Shown here piece after piece: positions 31,791-40,234 of a DNA stretch of 40,234 nt; the stretch's first letter is position 1; every line of letters begins with the position of its first letter. The position numbers and the translations under genes are program-made. The stretch is taken from positions 1 to 40,234 of IMG/VR virus record IMGVR_UViG_3300036856_000063, one strand, 5' to 3'. This stretch comes from a virus (Duplodnaviria > Caudoviricetes). Under the pieces are notes generated by a model. That model made no database searches and was not told where the DNA came from. It worked only from the letters and a program-made list of their open reading frames with translations.

Positions 31791-34700
31791 TCGGCAGCAA
31801 AGGGCAGTCGCTCTACAAGCCCGCGGCGCTCGGCGCTACGTTGCAGTCGTCGGTCTACGGCCAGACCATTCCGGTCATCTTCGGACGAACCAAAAGCGCA
31901 ATGTATCTCATCTGGGCCGCTAACCTGCGGAAAGGAGTGGCTGGCGTTGCTGGTGACCAAGGCAAAAAGAGTGCCAAAGCCGGGGCTCCGGACTACAACC
32001 AGAACGTCGATTTTCTAATCGCCCACAATCCCATCGTCGCGGCCCTACAGGCCTGGGTGAATCAGAATGCGTTCTACCCGCTGAATTTCCCGAAGCACAC
32101 CGGAAGCATCAGCTGGACGGCTTCTTCGCTCACTATCGGCGATAGCAATTTTTATGCGGTGATCGGTGTGACGGTCACCTCCTCGTATGCGGTGACTTTC
32201 AACGATTATGGCTCCGCGCCGATCTCGCTCAGCGGCTCTTGGGAAATCCCGCTCTGGAATGCCTGCTATGCGGCACCCGATCCCGGCTTGGCCGGCACGG
32301 ATCGCTATGCCAAGAGCTACTACAGCTGGCAGCCGTCCATGGGGAATGTGATCCGGTTCCCCGAAGACGATTCTTTCCTCTCGGCGGGCTCGCGCACCGT
32401 GAACGTCTACTATGCGGCGAAAGATCCCGAGGACGGCAAAGTCTACTCGAAAGCGGTTGGTACGAGCGGCCTGCCGCTGGCAGTGCTGCGCCTCACCTTC
32501 GAACCGGTACTGGGCAACGGCCCGGAGTTCCAGGGCAACGACAACTTCACCGGGCAACCGCTCAGCAACCAACAGATCCTCTACCCGCACTATGCCGGGC
32601 TCGGTTCGCAGGACTACGATGTCGGCTCGGCCCAAACCCCGCCGGACGTGCGCTTCGAATTCCTGGGCACCTATCCGCTGTACTCGACCGGCGACGCCGA
32701 TTTCGCGGACATGATTGAAGACATCTTCAAAATGGGGTGGTCGCAGGCTGCACTCGGCCTGGCTTACAACTACGCGCAAATCCAGCGCGGTCTCGGCTGC
32801 TTCGATTGGCCGGGAGCGGCGCAGAACAGCACGTTTAATAACACTTCGCCCGGCACCACCGCGTTTCCCTATTACCGTCCGAATACCGCCAACAATATCC
32901 TGGTCACGATTGCCAACGCGGGCTTCACCGTCTCGGGCGGGCCGACGCTCGCGACCTTCGGCGCCGGAGTCATTAGCGACACGGCGGGCAACGGTTACAT
33001 TGCCGCACTGCCGAGCGGGTTGAATGGCCAGGTTTGGTACGTAGCCAACTGCGCACAAGCGACTTCGAACGTGGTCACGATTTCGGGCTCGAATTACAGT
33101 TCCCAGAACACCGTGCTTGAGATCGCCGGCGCGGAAGTCCAGGATGGGACGGGCTCGCACTCGACCACCGGCCGTACGGTCGAGATCACCACCACCAATA
33201 TCATCGGCACGCCCGCTTATCTGCTGGCCGTCGTGGATTACGGGCCGAACGGCATCACCGCACCGATGCCGGAGCAGCCGCACTGGACCAAGTTGATGGA
33301 TTACGCGAACGGGGCCAGAAATTTCATTGCCTATTACCAGATCGTCTACCGCGCGAGCACCTATAGCTTCACCGCAGATCTAACCCCGTCCGGCGCTTCG
33401 CCGAAGATCGTTACGCTGCTCGCCTTCAAATGCACGCAGCCGCCCAGCTATCCGCGAGCGCTCGGCAACATCCTGGATTCAGCGACGCTCGATTTGTGCC
33501 GCCAGCAATGCCGCGCGAACGGCTTGTGGGGTTCGCTGGTGATGGATTCGCAGCAGAAGGCCTCGGATTGGCTGGCCGATCTGTACACCGCCATGAACGC
33601 CGCGCCGGTTTGGAGCGGATTCACGCTGAAATCCATCCCGTATAGCGAAGTCTCCGCAGTCGGCAATGGTGCGATCTACATCGCGCCCACGGCCAGCGGG
33701 CCAGTCGCGAATCTCACCGAATCCGATTTCATCGGCGACACCACCCAGCCGCTCGTTAGCGTCGAGCGCAAGGCGCAGGTGGATGTGCCGAACCTGCTCC
33801 AAATCCAGCATCCAGCCCGCGTCGCCGAATACGACCAGGTCGTGGTCTCGCAGCCGGAAACAGGAGCCATTGCGATCTACGGGCCACGCAAAGACTCGCC
33901 GAAAACCATGAACATGGTTCAGGATCCGGCCGTCGCCCGCATGCTTCTCGGCGTCATGGTGCGCCGGCAGAATTATCTGCGCAACACCTACAAATTCACG
34001 TTGAATGCCAAGTGGAAGCTGCTCGAGCCGATGGATCTGATCACTCTTCCCCAGTCGGCCACCATGCCCACCATCAACGGCCAGCCCGCTACGGCCGCTA
34101 CCATTCCGGTGCGGCTGACCTCGATCGCGGAGGACGAGAAATTCCAACTGGACTGCCAAGCCGAACCTTTTATCTACGGCTGCTGCGCGCCCAGCGATAG
34201 CTTTTCGCTGCCGAGTGTCCCGGCGACCACTCAGCCGCAGCCCTACACGCCGACAGTCGGTGCTTCTCCCGGATCGGTGAACGCGCCCATTATTTTCGAG
34301 CCGGTACCGCGCTTATATGGCGCGACCAACCAGCCCTGGCTCTGGCTGGTCGTGAGTGCGACCGCAACGGTCTACGGCGGCTGCAATGTCTTTCTTTCGA
34401 CAGACGGCGGAGCGAGTTACAACCAAGTTGGACAGATCAACGACAGTGCGATCACGGGCGTGAGCACGGCGGACTGGCCGGCCGCCGCCGATCCCGACAC
34501 GACCAATGATCTAGCACTCAATCTCAGCGAGTCGAACGGTACGCTTCTCTCCTACCAGACGAGCGATGAAGACAATTTTCTCTATCCGTGCTATGTCGCG
34601 GGCGGCAATTCCTCCATCCCCTACGAGCTGATGACCTACTCGGTCGCGACGTTGACCGCGACGAACCAGTACACGCTGAAGGCGACGGCGGGAAATCATC

Positions 34701-34999
34701 TGCGGCGCGCGGTCTTCGGTGCTCCGGGCACGGCGGGCGTCGATCATCCAAGCGGCTCCCGTTGGGCCTGGTTGGGCGCGCTGGGCACGGCCACCCAGTC
34801 GGGAATCCTGAAATTGCCGATGGACCCATCCTGGATCGGCGTGGTGCTCCATTTCAAATTTTGCTCCTTCAATAACTACCTCGGCGCAAACCAATCGCTT
34901 ACCGATGCCACCGACTACACCTACACACCGACCGGCTCGGTCGGGAGCGTGAATCCAGGGGGAGCGCCGAGCCAACTTTTCCAGGTGAACGGAACCTAG
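31787..34999 (+). CDS. Central tail/host-specificity protein (gpJ/megatron-like)
   Basis: YGQTIPVIFG, LKSIPY, LLEPMDLITL, PIIFEP, HFKFCSFN; 1070 aa; follows NlpC/P60. Confidence 0.8.
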   Translation: MIGSKGQSLYKPAALGATLQSSVYGQTIPVIFGRTKSAMYLIWAANLRKGVAGVAGDQGKKSAKAGAPDYNQNVDFLIAHNPIVAALQAWVNQNAFYPLNFPKHTGSISWTASSLTIGDSNFYAVIGVTVTSSYAVTFNDYGSAPISLSGSWEIPLWNACYAAPDPGLAGTDRYAKSYYSWQPSMGNVIRFPEDDSFLSAGSRTVNVYYAAKDPEDGKVYSKAVGTSGLPLAVLRLTFEPVLGNGPEFQGNDNFTGQPLSNQQILYPHYAGLGSQDYDVGSAQTPPDVRFEFLGTYPLYSTGDADFADMIEDIFKMGWSQAALGLAYNYAQIQRGLGCFDWPGAAQNSTFNNTSPGTTAFPYYRPNTANNILVTIANAGFTVSGGPTLATFGAGVISDTAGNGYIAALPSGLNGQVWYVANCAQATSNVVTISGSNYSSQNTVLEIAGAEVQDGTGSHSTTGRTVEITTTNIIGTPAYLLAVVDYGPNGITAPMPEQPHWTKLMDYANGARNFIAYYQIVYRASTYSFTADLTPSGASPKIVTLLAFKCTQPPSYPRALGNILDSATLDLCRQQCRANGLWGSLVMDSQQKASDWLADLYTAMNAAPVWSGFTLKSIPYSEVSAVGNGAIYIAPTASGPVANLTESDFIGDTTQPLVSVERKAQVDVPNLLQIQHPARVAEYDQVVVSQPETGAIAIYGPRKDSPKTMNMVQDPAVARMLLGVMVRRQNYLRNTYKFTLNAKWKLLEPMDLITLPQSATMPTINGQPATAATIPVRLTSIAEDEKFQLDCQAEPFIYGCCAPSDSFSLPSVPATTQPQPYTPTVGASPGSVNAPIIFEPVPRLYGATNQPWLWLVVSATATVYGGCNVFLSTDGGASYNQVGQINDSAITGVSTADWPAAADPDTTNDLALNLSESNGTLLSYQTSDEDNFLYPCYVAGGNSSIPYELMTYSVATLTATNQYTLKATAGNHLRRAVFGAPGTAGVDHPSGSRWAWLGALGTATQSGILKLPMDPSWIGVVLHFKFCSFNNYLGANQSLTDATDYTYTPTGSVGSVNPGGAPSQLFQVNGT

Positions 35000-35500
35000 A
35001 TGCCGGCGCAAGCAGAAATCGTCAACCTGAGCGACACGTCGCCTGCCGCGCCCAGCGGTGATCAGAACGTCAAATGGCAGAAGGGAGCCCAGAGCGGCAC
35101 CGATCCCGCGACCGGCTACCCGATCTTTCCCGTCTCGGCCTCCGTTCCACTTTCGTATTACACGGTGACCTGGGGGGTCGGCATCGGCGCGGCGGCGACG
35201 GTCGCAAGCGATGTCACGCCGCATTACCTGGTGCCGTTCGCGGGTGTGCCAACCGGCTTGACGGTGGCGGCTAAGACCGCTCCGACCGGTGCCGATCTGA
35301 TCTTCGATATCTGGAAGAACGGCACTTCGATCTTCAGTGCGCCCGTGCACCTGGCGGCCGGCGCAACGCAGACCTCGACAACGGCCTTTGCTTCCGACGT
35401 CACGTTCGCCGTGAGTGATCTGCTTACGTTCAATGTCAACCAGGTGGGCTCGACGATGGCTGGCCAGGATCTGACCGTGCAACTAGTTATTCAAATTTAA
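35000..35500 (+). CDS. Tail-associated beta-protein
   Basis: APTGADLIFDIWKNGTSIF, DLLTFNVNQVGST...DLTVQL; abuts the central tail gene. Confidence 0.65.
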   Translation: MPAQAEIVNLSDTSPAAPSGDQNVKWQKGAQSGTDPATGYPIFPVSASVPLSYYTVTWGVGIGAAATVASDVTPHYLVPFAGVPTGLTVAAKTAPTGADLIFDIWKNGTSIFSAPVHLAAGATQTSTTAFASDVTFAVSDLLTFNVNQVGSTMAGQDLTVQLVIQI

Positions 35501-35505
35501 AACTT

Positions 35506-36423
35506 ATGGCCATTGTTTACTCAGGCGGCACTTACGTCAGCACGACCTTCGCAGGCACGACCAAGGCGGCGATCATCACCGCACTCCAAACCCAGCTGAC
35601 CAACGCGGGCTGGACTGTTATTTCCGGCTCCGGTACAACCAACCTGCTCATGCAAACCGCGCAAGATCCAACAACCCACAACCAGGGTCGAGTGCGCTTC
35701 AAAGACAACAGCGGGACCTGCGTGCAGGTGACCATTGAAAACGTCTCAGGTACGGCTACTGAACCTTTGAGCACAACAAACGGCGGGAATCTAATCCCGG
35801 GCTCAAGTTTGACTTACCGCATCATTGCCACCAAGTACCAGTTCTTCTGCTTCGTGGCGGGTTCCTACGCCGTGGCTCGGCGGTTTGTCTGCGCCGGCAT
35901 CATCTGGATCCCCTCTTTTCTGCAGGGAGTCATCACAGAGGACATTTACATGTTGTCGGATAGTCAGAGTGATACGGATACAACAACCACCAACGCGTAT
36001 TTTCGTAACAGTCTCAACGGCTCTATTAACACTGCAGCACAGAACTCACCTAATCAGGCTTCGATAGTGAACGGGAGTTTGATGGAAAACGCGAGCAACA
36101 ATAATGCCAACTGGGGACTACTACATTTGATTGTTCCATACAACTCGGATATACAGAATAATGCCTCAGGATACCGGTACCACGACTTGAGCGTGATGAT
36201 CTCAGAGCCTCTCCTGGCACACGGAACAAGCAGTGCATCTGATGAAGCGCTGATTCGGGGGCAACTGTATGACTGCTGCGTGCTGAGCGACACTTTCACG
36301 ATAGATAGTACGACATCGATTACAGATAGCGGTACGGCGCACACCTTCTGGAACCTAACAGCCCCAGCCAATGTTGGAACCACTCAGAATGCACGTGGAT
36401 CCCTCTTTGTAGCGACTTCGTAA
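35506..36423 (+). CDS. Putative virion structural protein
   Basis: LTNAGWT, S/T/N-rich, LIRGQLYD; 3' half more AT-rich. Confidence 0.6.
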   Translation: MAIVYSGGTYVSTTFAGTTKAAIITALQTQLTNAGWTVISGSGTTNLLMQTAQDPTTHNQGRVRFKDNSGTCVQVTIENVSGTATEPLSTTNGGNLIPGSSLTYRIIATKYQFFCFVAGSYAVARRFVCAGIIWIPSFLQGVITEDIYMLSDSQSDTDTTTTNAYFRNSLNGSINTAAQNSPNQASIVNGSLMENASNNNANWGLLHLIVPYNSDIQNNASGYRYHDLSVMISEPLLAHGTSSASDEALIRGQLYDCCVLSDTFTIDSTTSITDSGTAHTFWNLTAPANVGTTQNARGSLFVATS

Positions 36424-36430
36424 ATTCTTA

Positions 36431-37219
36431 ATGTCGGTCGTTCTCTTCAGCGGCGCGCTGGCTCCCACCAAGCAGCCAGCCGCGAAAGTAGCGCTCCCGT
36501 CGTCGAAGCACGGTATTCTGCCGAGCGGCAGCGACGGGCGGTATCTCAACAAGCTCGGCAACCTGCCCGCCGACGTAGGCGGTTCTAAGGTTACGCTGCA
36601 GGAGGAAGCGGGTGCTTCGACCAAGCAACCGGCTGCGAAAGTAGCGCTTCCGTCGTCAAAGAATGGCATCTTACCGAGCGGCAGTGATGGGTACTACCTC
36701 TTCCGGCAGGGGATCCTGCCCGGCGCTGCGGTCGTCGCACCGACTCTCAAGAGCGCGGCCGACACCGCGAATCTCCATCTCACAGAGACCGCCTTACAGA
36801 CCGTCGTCGCACCGGTTACACAATCAGCGGCCGACACCGCGAATCTCCATCTCACAGAGACCGCCTTACAGACCGTCGTCGCGGTTACGCAATCAGCAGC
36901 CGACACCGCGAATCTCCATCTCACAGAGACCGCCTTACAGACCGTCGTCACGCCGGTTACGCAATCAGCAGCCGACACCGCGAATCTCCATCTCACAGAG
37001 ACCGCCTTACAGACCGTCGTCACGCCGGTTACACAATCAGCGGCCGACACCACGAATCTCCATCTCACAGAGACCGCCGCCATGGTCGCGGTCTCGCTGG
37101 TTTCTAGCGCCGACTTGGCCAACTTGCACTTAGTCGAGAGCGCTTCGATTCTTTCGGTGGTGGTCGGTTATTACGTCCAGGGCGCCATTTCGTCCAGCGT
37201 TGGATCTTACGTCTATTGA
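36431..37219 (+). CDS. Tandem-repeat virion protein
   Basis: Two TKQPAAKVALPSSKxGILPSGSDG copies, then five 23-24-aa repeats. Confidence 0.65.
   Translation: MSVVLFSGALAPTKQPAAKVALPSSKHGILPSGSDGRYLNKLGNLPADVGGSKVTLQEEAGASTKQPAAKVALPSSKNGILPSGSDGYYLFRQGILPGAAVVAPTLKSAADTANLHLTETALQTVVAPVTQSAADTANLHLTETALQTVVAVTQSAADTANLHLTETALQTVVTPVTQSAADTANLHLTETALQTVVTPVTQSAADTTNLHLTETAAMVAVSLVSSADLANLHLVESASILSVVVGYYVQGAISSSVGSYVY
36758..37078 (+). repeat. Coding tandem repeat, 72/69-bp unit, five copies
   Basis: Units start at 36758, 36830, 36899, 36971 and 37043; encode ADTANLHLTETALQTVV(A/T)PVTQSA. Confidence 0.95.
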
Positions 37220-37228
37220 CCAGGCTTT

Positions 37229-37417
37229 ATGAGTGACCTACCAGTCTCGATGAAGGCCACTGCGCATTACCGGCTTGAGAAGCGGAATGAAGCAGGCGAG
37301 CTGATTGAAACGCTCGAAGGCGGAGACGATTGGAATTACCTCCTCCGCACACTTCCCAGTGGAGAACAAGAAAGGATTGCATTACCATGGCCATCACCAA
37401 CCTCGGAGCCGCGTTAG
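37229..37417 (+). CDS. Hypothetical protein (62 aa)
   Basis: AHYRLEKRNEAGELIETLEG beta-hairpin-like segment; overlaps the next gene. Confidence 0.55.
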   Translation: MSDLPVSMKATAHYRLEKRNEAGELIETLEGGDDWNYLLRTLPSGEQERIALPWPSPTSEPR

Positions 37418-37773
37418 CAGCGGCCGCTGTGATAGGCGGTACGTACACGCCTCTCAACGCAGCCAACGCCGCCATCGGCATAGGCGACTCGACGGCGGCG
37501 GTTGCTGCCACGCAAACTGACCTGCAAGCTACGACGAATAAATACCGCCAGGCGATGGATACGGGCTTTCCGACGATTGCCTCGAACGTCCTCACGTTTC
37601 AGGCAACGGTCGCGACCGCGAATGCCAATTTCAGCTGGCAGGAGTTCGGCATTTTTAATTCCGCGACGCTCGGCTCCGGCACCATGTTTAACCGTTTCTT
37701 GAGCGCCATCGGAACGAAAACCAGCGCGCAGACGTGGCAGCTTGCCATAACCGTCACAGTCACCGCGGCCTAA
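37387..37773 (+). CDS. Virion structural beta-protein, paralogue of 14566-15258
   Basis: MAITNLG, IGIGDST, WQEFGIFN, GTMFNR; AAGGA upstream. Confidence 0.7.
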   Translation: MAITNLGAALAAAAVIGGTYTPLNAANAAIGIGDSTAAVAATQTDLQATTNKYRQAMDTGFPTIASNVLTFQATVATANANFSWQEFGIFNSATLGSGTMFNRFLSAIGTKTSAQTWQLAITVTVTAA

Positions 37774-38037
37774 GCAGCGATTCTATTGGCTTAGGTTGCG
37801 AGTACTGAGGGTACAAGCGCGCAAACTCAATTTCCGCTCTTACCCTGGCTTGCTCCCTGGCAAGCGAGTCTAGGAGCCACTTCGGGAGTCGATCTGGAAG
37901 GCGTGATTCGCGCATCCTCCCATCATTCCCGTTTAGATGGGTCGCGCGTAATTGGCCTGCCGCATTTCTGAGGAATAGGAATTAACGAATCTCACCGGCC
38001 CTCCGGGGCACATCAACCATAAAGGCCACAAGTAAAA

Positions 38038-38412
38038 ATGTCATTCAAAATTGCCTCCATCGGGCACTTCTTCGCGATCGCGGTTCACGACGTGAAAACA
38101 GCGCTGACGTTTGTCGTCGCTCACAAAAGCCAAATCGAGACTGCTACAGCGGGCGTCGTTTCGCTGATCGACCCGGCCCTGGCGCCGCTGGCGACCACCA
38201 TCGAACGCGCCGGGGAGGGTCTGCTCGGCGATGCGCTTGCGGTTGTCAGCACGCTGGACGATGCCACCGCCGCCAAGGGGGCAAACCTTACTTTGGACGC
38301 GGCGACGATCGCGGATTTGAAACAGCTGCTCGCCGATATTCAGAAGGTCCAGCCCGCGGCCGCTGCGGTCCCGGCGGGCCTGCCTACCGTTGCTGCCCCT
38401 GCTGCGAGTTAG
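38038..38412 (+). CDS. Hypothetical Ala-rich protein at the start of the lysis region
   Basis: ATG start, 124 aa, amphipathic helices. Confidence 0.65.
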   Translation: MSFKIASIGHFFAIAVHDVKTALTFVVAHKSQIETATAGVVSLIDPALAPLATTIERAGEGLLGDALAVVSTLDDATAAKGANLTLDAATIADLKQLLADIQKVQPAAAAVPAGLPTVAAPAAS

Positions 38413-38420
38413 TCGCCCAC

Positions 38421-39056
38421 ATGGCGCGTTCTCCAGGTGATCTCGATCCACGCGGCGGTGAAGCAGTCCGCCGCGTGACGCCGGCCGACTTTCGCCGGCA
38501 CCTGCGTTACATTTCCCAGGTCGTGATGATCGGCTCGATGCTGGTCCTCGCCTTTGTAGCCATCACGGTCGGCTTCGACGTGCACGCCATGCGGCGCGCC
38601 CGGTCCGATGAGTTGTCCGAGCTCATCGAGATCCGAAAAGGATTATTCACCCGCTTCGATAGCTTTTTGTGGAAAGTGGACACGCAGTCCGAAATCACCG
38701 GCATCACCAACAAGATTCTCGCCGATGCGCTGGTGAAGATGCGCGCGCAGGTGAAGGAGTCGAGCGATAGCAGCGTCAAGACCGCCACCGCGACCACGAC
38801 GATTGCGCGCGAAGCGGTGAAGCAGTCGGCCGCCACGACGCAGTTAGTGGAAGCGGTAGCCGAAACGCCAAAGCCTGTCGTCAACGTGGAGGTACCCAAG
38901 CAGCAGCCGGCGCCCGTGGTCGTGCAGTCGCCACCCGTTGCCGTCGTCCATACGCCAGCGCCGCCGGCCGCCAAGCCGCCGCCCCCGCGCCGCCACCGGC
39001 ATCCATTGCGGCGCCTACTGCCGTGGGAGTGGTTCAGGCATGCCGGGAGCGAGTAA
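38421..39056 (+). CDS. Membrane-anchored coiled-coil protein with Pro-rich tail (possible spanin-like lysis accessory)
   Basis: TM VVMIGSMLVLAFVAITVGF, helical middle, Pro-rich C-terminus; near the endolysin. Confidence 0.55.
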   Translation: MARSPGDLDPRGGEAVRRVTPADFRRHLRYISQVVMIGSMLVLAFVAITVGFDVHAMRRARSDELSELIEIRKGLFTRFDSFLWKVDTQSEITGITNKILADALVKMRAQVKESSDSSVKTATATTTIAREAVKQSAATTQLVEAVAETPKPVVNVEVPKQQPAPVVVQSPPVAVVHTPAPPAAKPPPPRRHRHPLRRLLPWEWFRHAGSE

Positions 39057-39351
39057 GGGCTTCACGCTTAATCTTGATCTCGCCAAATCGATCTTAGACT
39101 GGACACTCAAGATCGTGGCCGCGGCCGCCTTTGTCGCGCAGTTCCTGATTCAGTTCTACATCCAGCAGGACCGCGCCCAAGACCGCAGCAAACGGGACGA
39201 CACCGAGATCCAGAAGCTCCGCACCGATCTCGATCTCCTGCAGCGCGAGCTCGTCCTCGAACGCATCGAAAAGGGCGCGCTCGAACAGCGCGTCGCGGAT
39301 CAGGAAAAGTTTTACTTGCTGACAACACCACCGCGCCATGAATTCAAATGA
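39040..39351 (+). CDS. Single-TM coiled-coil protein (holin-like candidate)
   Basis: ATG at 39040; TM LKIVAAAAFVAQFLIQFYI followed by a coiled coil. Confidence 0.55.
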   Translation: MPGASKGFTLNLDLAKSILDWTLKIVAAAAFVAQFLIQFYIQQDRAQDRSKRDDTEIQKLRTDLDLLQRELVLERIEKGALEQRVADQEKFYLLTTPPRHEFK

Positions 39352-39431
39352 AGGGAATTATGTGGGAATTGCTACTCGTCGCGTTCGCTTTTGTCTGCTT
39401 CCTGGCTTGGGTTTTGTGGCGCATCAACTAG
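39348..39431 (+). CDS. 27-aa single-TM peptide
   Basis: MKGIMWELLLVAFAFVCFLAWVLWRIN; ATGA overlap with the previous stop; second ATG at 39360. Confidence 0.5.
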   Translation: MKGIMWELLLVAFAFVCFLAWVLWRIN

Positions 39432-39450
39432 CCCGCCGCCGAATTGATTT

Positions 39451-39972
39451 ATGACCGAATCCAACGCATCGAATCCGTCGCTCGACATCGCCGTCGAGTA
39501 TCCAGATGCCGCGAAGGCGGTAGAGGACCAAACGCCGCTTGTCACGCTGGCGATGCTGGTCTGGGGAGAAGCGCGCGGCGAAGCGCAACCCACACGCCTG
39601 GCCGTGGCGCACACGGTGGCGAACCGCCGGGCGCGGCGGCCGCGCTATGGCGCCGACTGGCAGAACATCTGCCTCGCGCCTTACCAGTACGACTGCTTTC
39701 TACCGTCCGACCTGAACCGCACCAAGCTGCTATTTCCTGTGCACTTCGGGACGCTCGAAACCTGGCAGAGCTGCTATCAGGCAGCCTACCTGGTGTTTCA
39801 TGCGCTTGAAATCGACGCGACCGAGCAAGCGACGCATTACTTCGATGACTCTCTGCTTCCCAATCACGCGCCGTACTGGATTCATTCGCAGACGTTCACC
39901 CACACCGTGTCGCTCGGCCGGCTGCATTTCTACCGCGAAGGCTCACTGCTCGGGCTCGCGCACGAGCCATGA
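39451..39972 (+). CDS. Endolysin, SleB/Hydrolase_2 family cell-wall hydrolase
   Basis: LAMLVWGEARGE, AVAHTVANR, PYQYDCF, ATHYF, PYW, GRLHFY. Confidence 0.9.
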   Translation: MTESNASNPSLDIAVEYPDAAKAVEDQTPLVTLAMLVWGEARGEAQPTRLAVAHTVANRRARRPRYGADWQNICLAPYQYDCFLPSDLNRTKLLFPVHFGTLETWQSCYQAAYLVFHALEIDATEQATHYFDDSLLPNHAPYWIHSQTFTHTVSLGRLHFYREGSLLGLAHEP

Positions 39973-39986
39973 GTTGGAGGCAGTGA

Positions 39987-40234
39987 ATGATCGACGCGGC
40001 GTTTATCGAGCAGCTAGTCGCGGAAGGCCGGGGATATCGCGTGATTGCGCGGAATATAAATTTCCGGTTTCGCGATGAGTGGGAAGACGTGATGCAGCAA
40101 GCATTGCTGACGCTGTGGATGAAGCGGCATCAGATGCGCGGCACGAATCCACTCACTTTCTTTCGAGGGGTGGTGCGGAATGTGGCGCGCAGCTACCGCC
40201 GCTTGGAGCGGGATGCGTATGCAGTCGAGGTCGA
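39987..40234 (+). CDS. ECF-like sigma-70 factor, 3'-truncated
   Basis: GGAGG RBS and ATG at 39987; MIDAAFIEQL...EWEDVMQQALLTLW...FFRGVVRNVARSYRR resembles sigma region 2. Confidence 0.65.
   Translation, partial: MIDAAFIEQLVAEGRGYRVIARNINFRFRDEWEDVMQQALLTLWMKRHQMRGTNPLTFFRGVVRNVARSYRRLERDAYAVEV

Noticed and set aside
27234-34999. Gene transfer agent, given the GTA-like Dit-hub-NlpC-megatron order
   Set aside because: This tail-tip module is shared with many siphophages; the 1185-aa TMP, MuF, morons, intein and lysis cassette fit a genuine phage.
6014-35482. Long minus-strand ORFs (e.g. 6014-7132, 7624-8961, 12733-14304, 23410-24885, 25417-26802, 30321-31724, 32045-33283)
   Set aside because: Antisense shadows of GC-rich genes with clear plus-strand motifs; no recognisable domains.
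36758-37078. CRISPR-like periodic repeat
   Set aside because: Units are contiguous with no unique spacers, lengths are multiples of three within an open frame, and no cas genes are present.

Overview
The window is almost entirely the late (morphogenesis and lysis) region of a GC-rich tailed phage or prophage with a siphovirus-type tail (tube, no sheath). The host is possibly Acidobacteria; this is a weak inference from the style of the Uma2 gene. Gene order: a small leftward RHH-regulator operon; large terminase carrying a class 3-type mini-intein; small accessory genes; portal; MuF; XkdF/HK97-like prohead protease with nested scaffold; major capsid; a fibre/glycosyltransferase cluster; neck genes; tail tube; two tail chaperone paralogues; tape measure; Uma2 (antisense); two duplicated distal-tail (DUF2460-like) genes; hub; NlpC/P60; central tail protein; a second fibre-like cluster; lysis genes; and a truncated ECF-like sigma factor. 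The most striking signal is a modular head-cargo system. Three enzyme domains (an HNH nuclease on the portal C-terminus; a HEXXH metallopeptidase and an R-S-E ADP-ribosyltransferase-like domain N-terminal to MuF) are each preceded by the same tag, AK-x(1-3)-EEDEHPR...G(K/R)(F/W). The tag is conserved at DNA level, and a related motif occurs in the tape measure protein. Also notable: gpG and gpGT tail chaperones appear to be produced by gene duplication rather than frameshifting, and two near-identical Dit genes carry different C-terminal domains. All family assignments come from motifs read by eye; no database searches were run. No integrase, small terminase, tRNA or CRISPR array was recognised.
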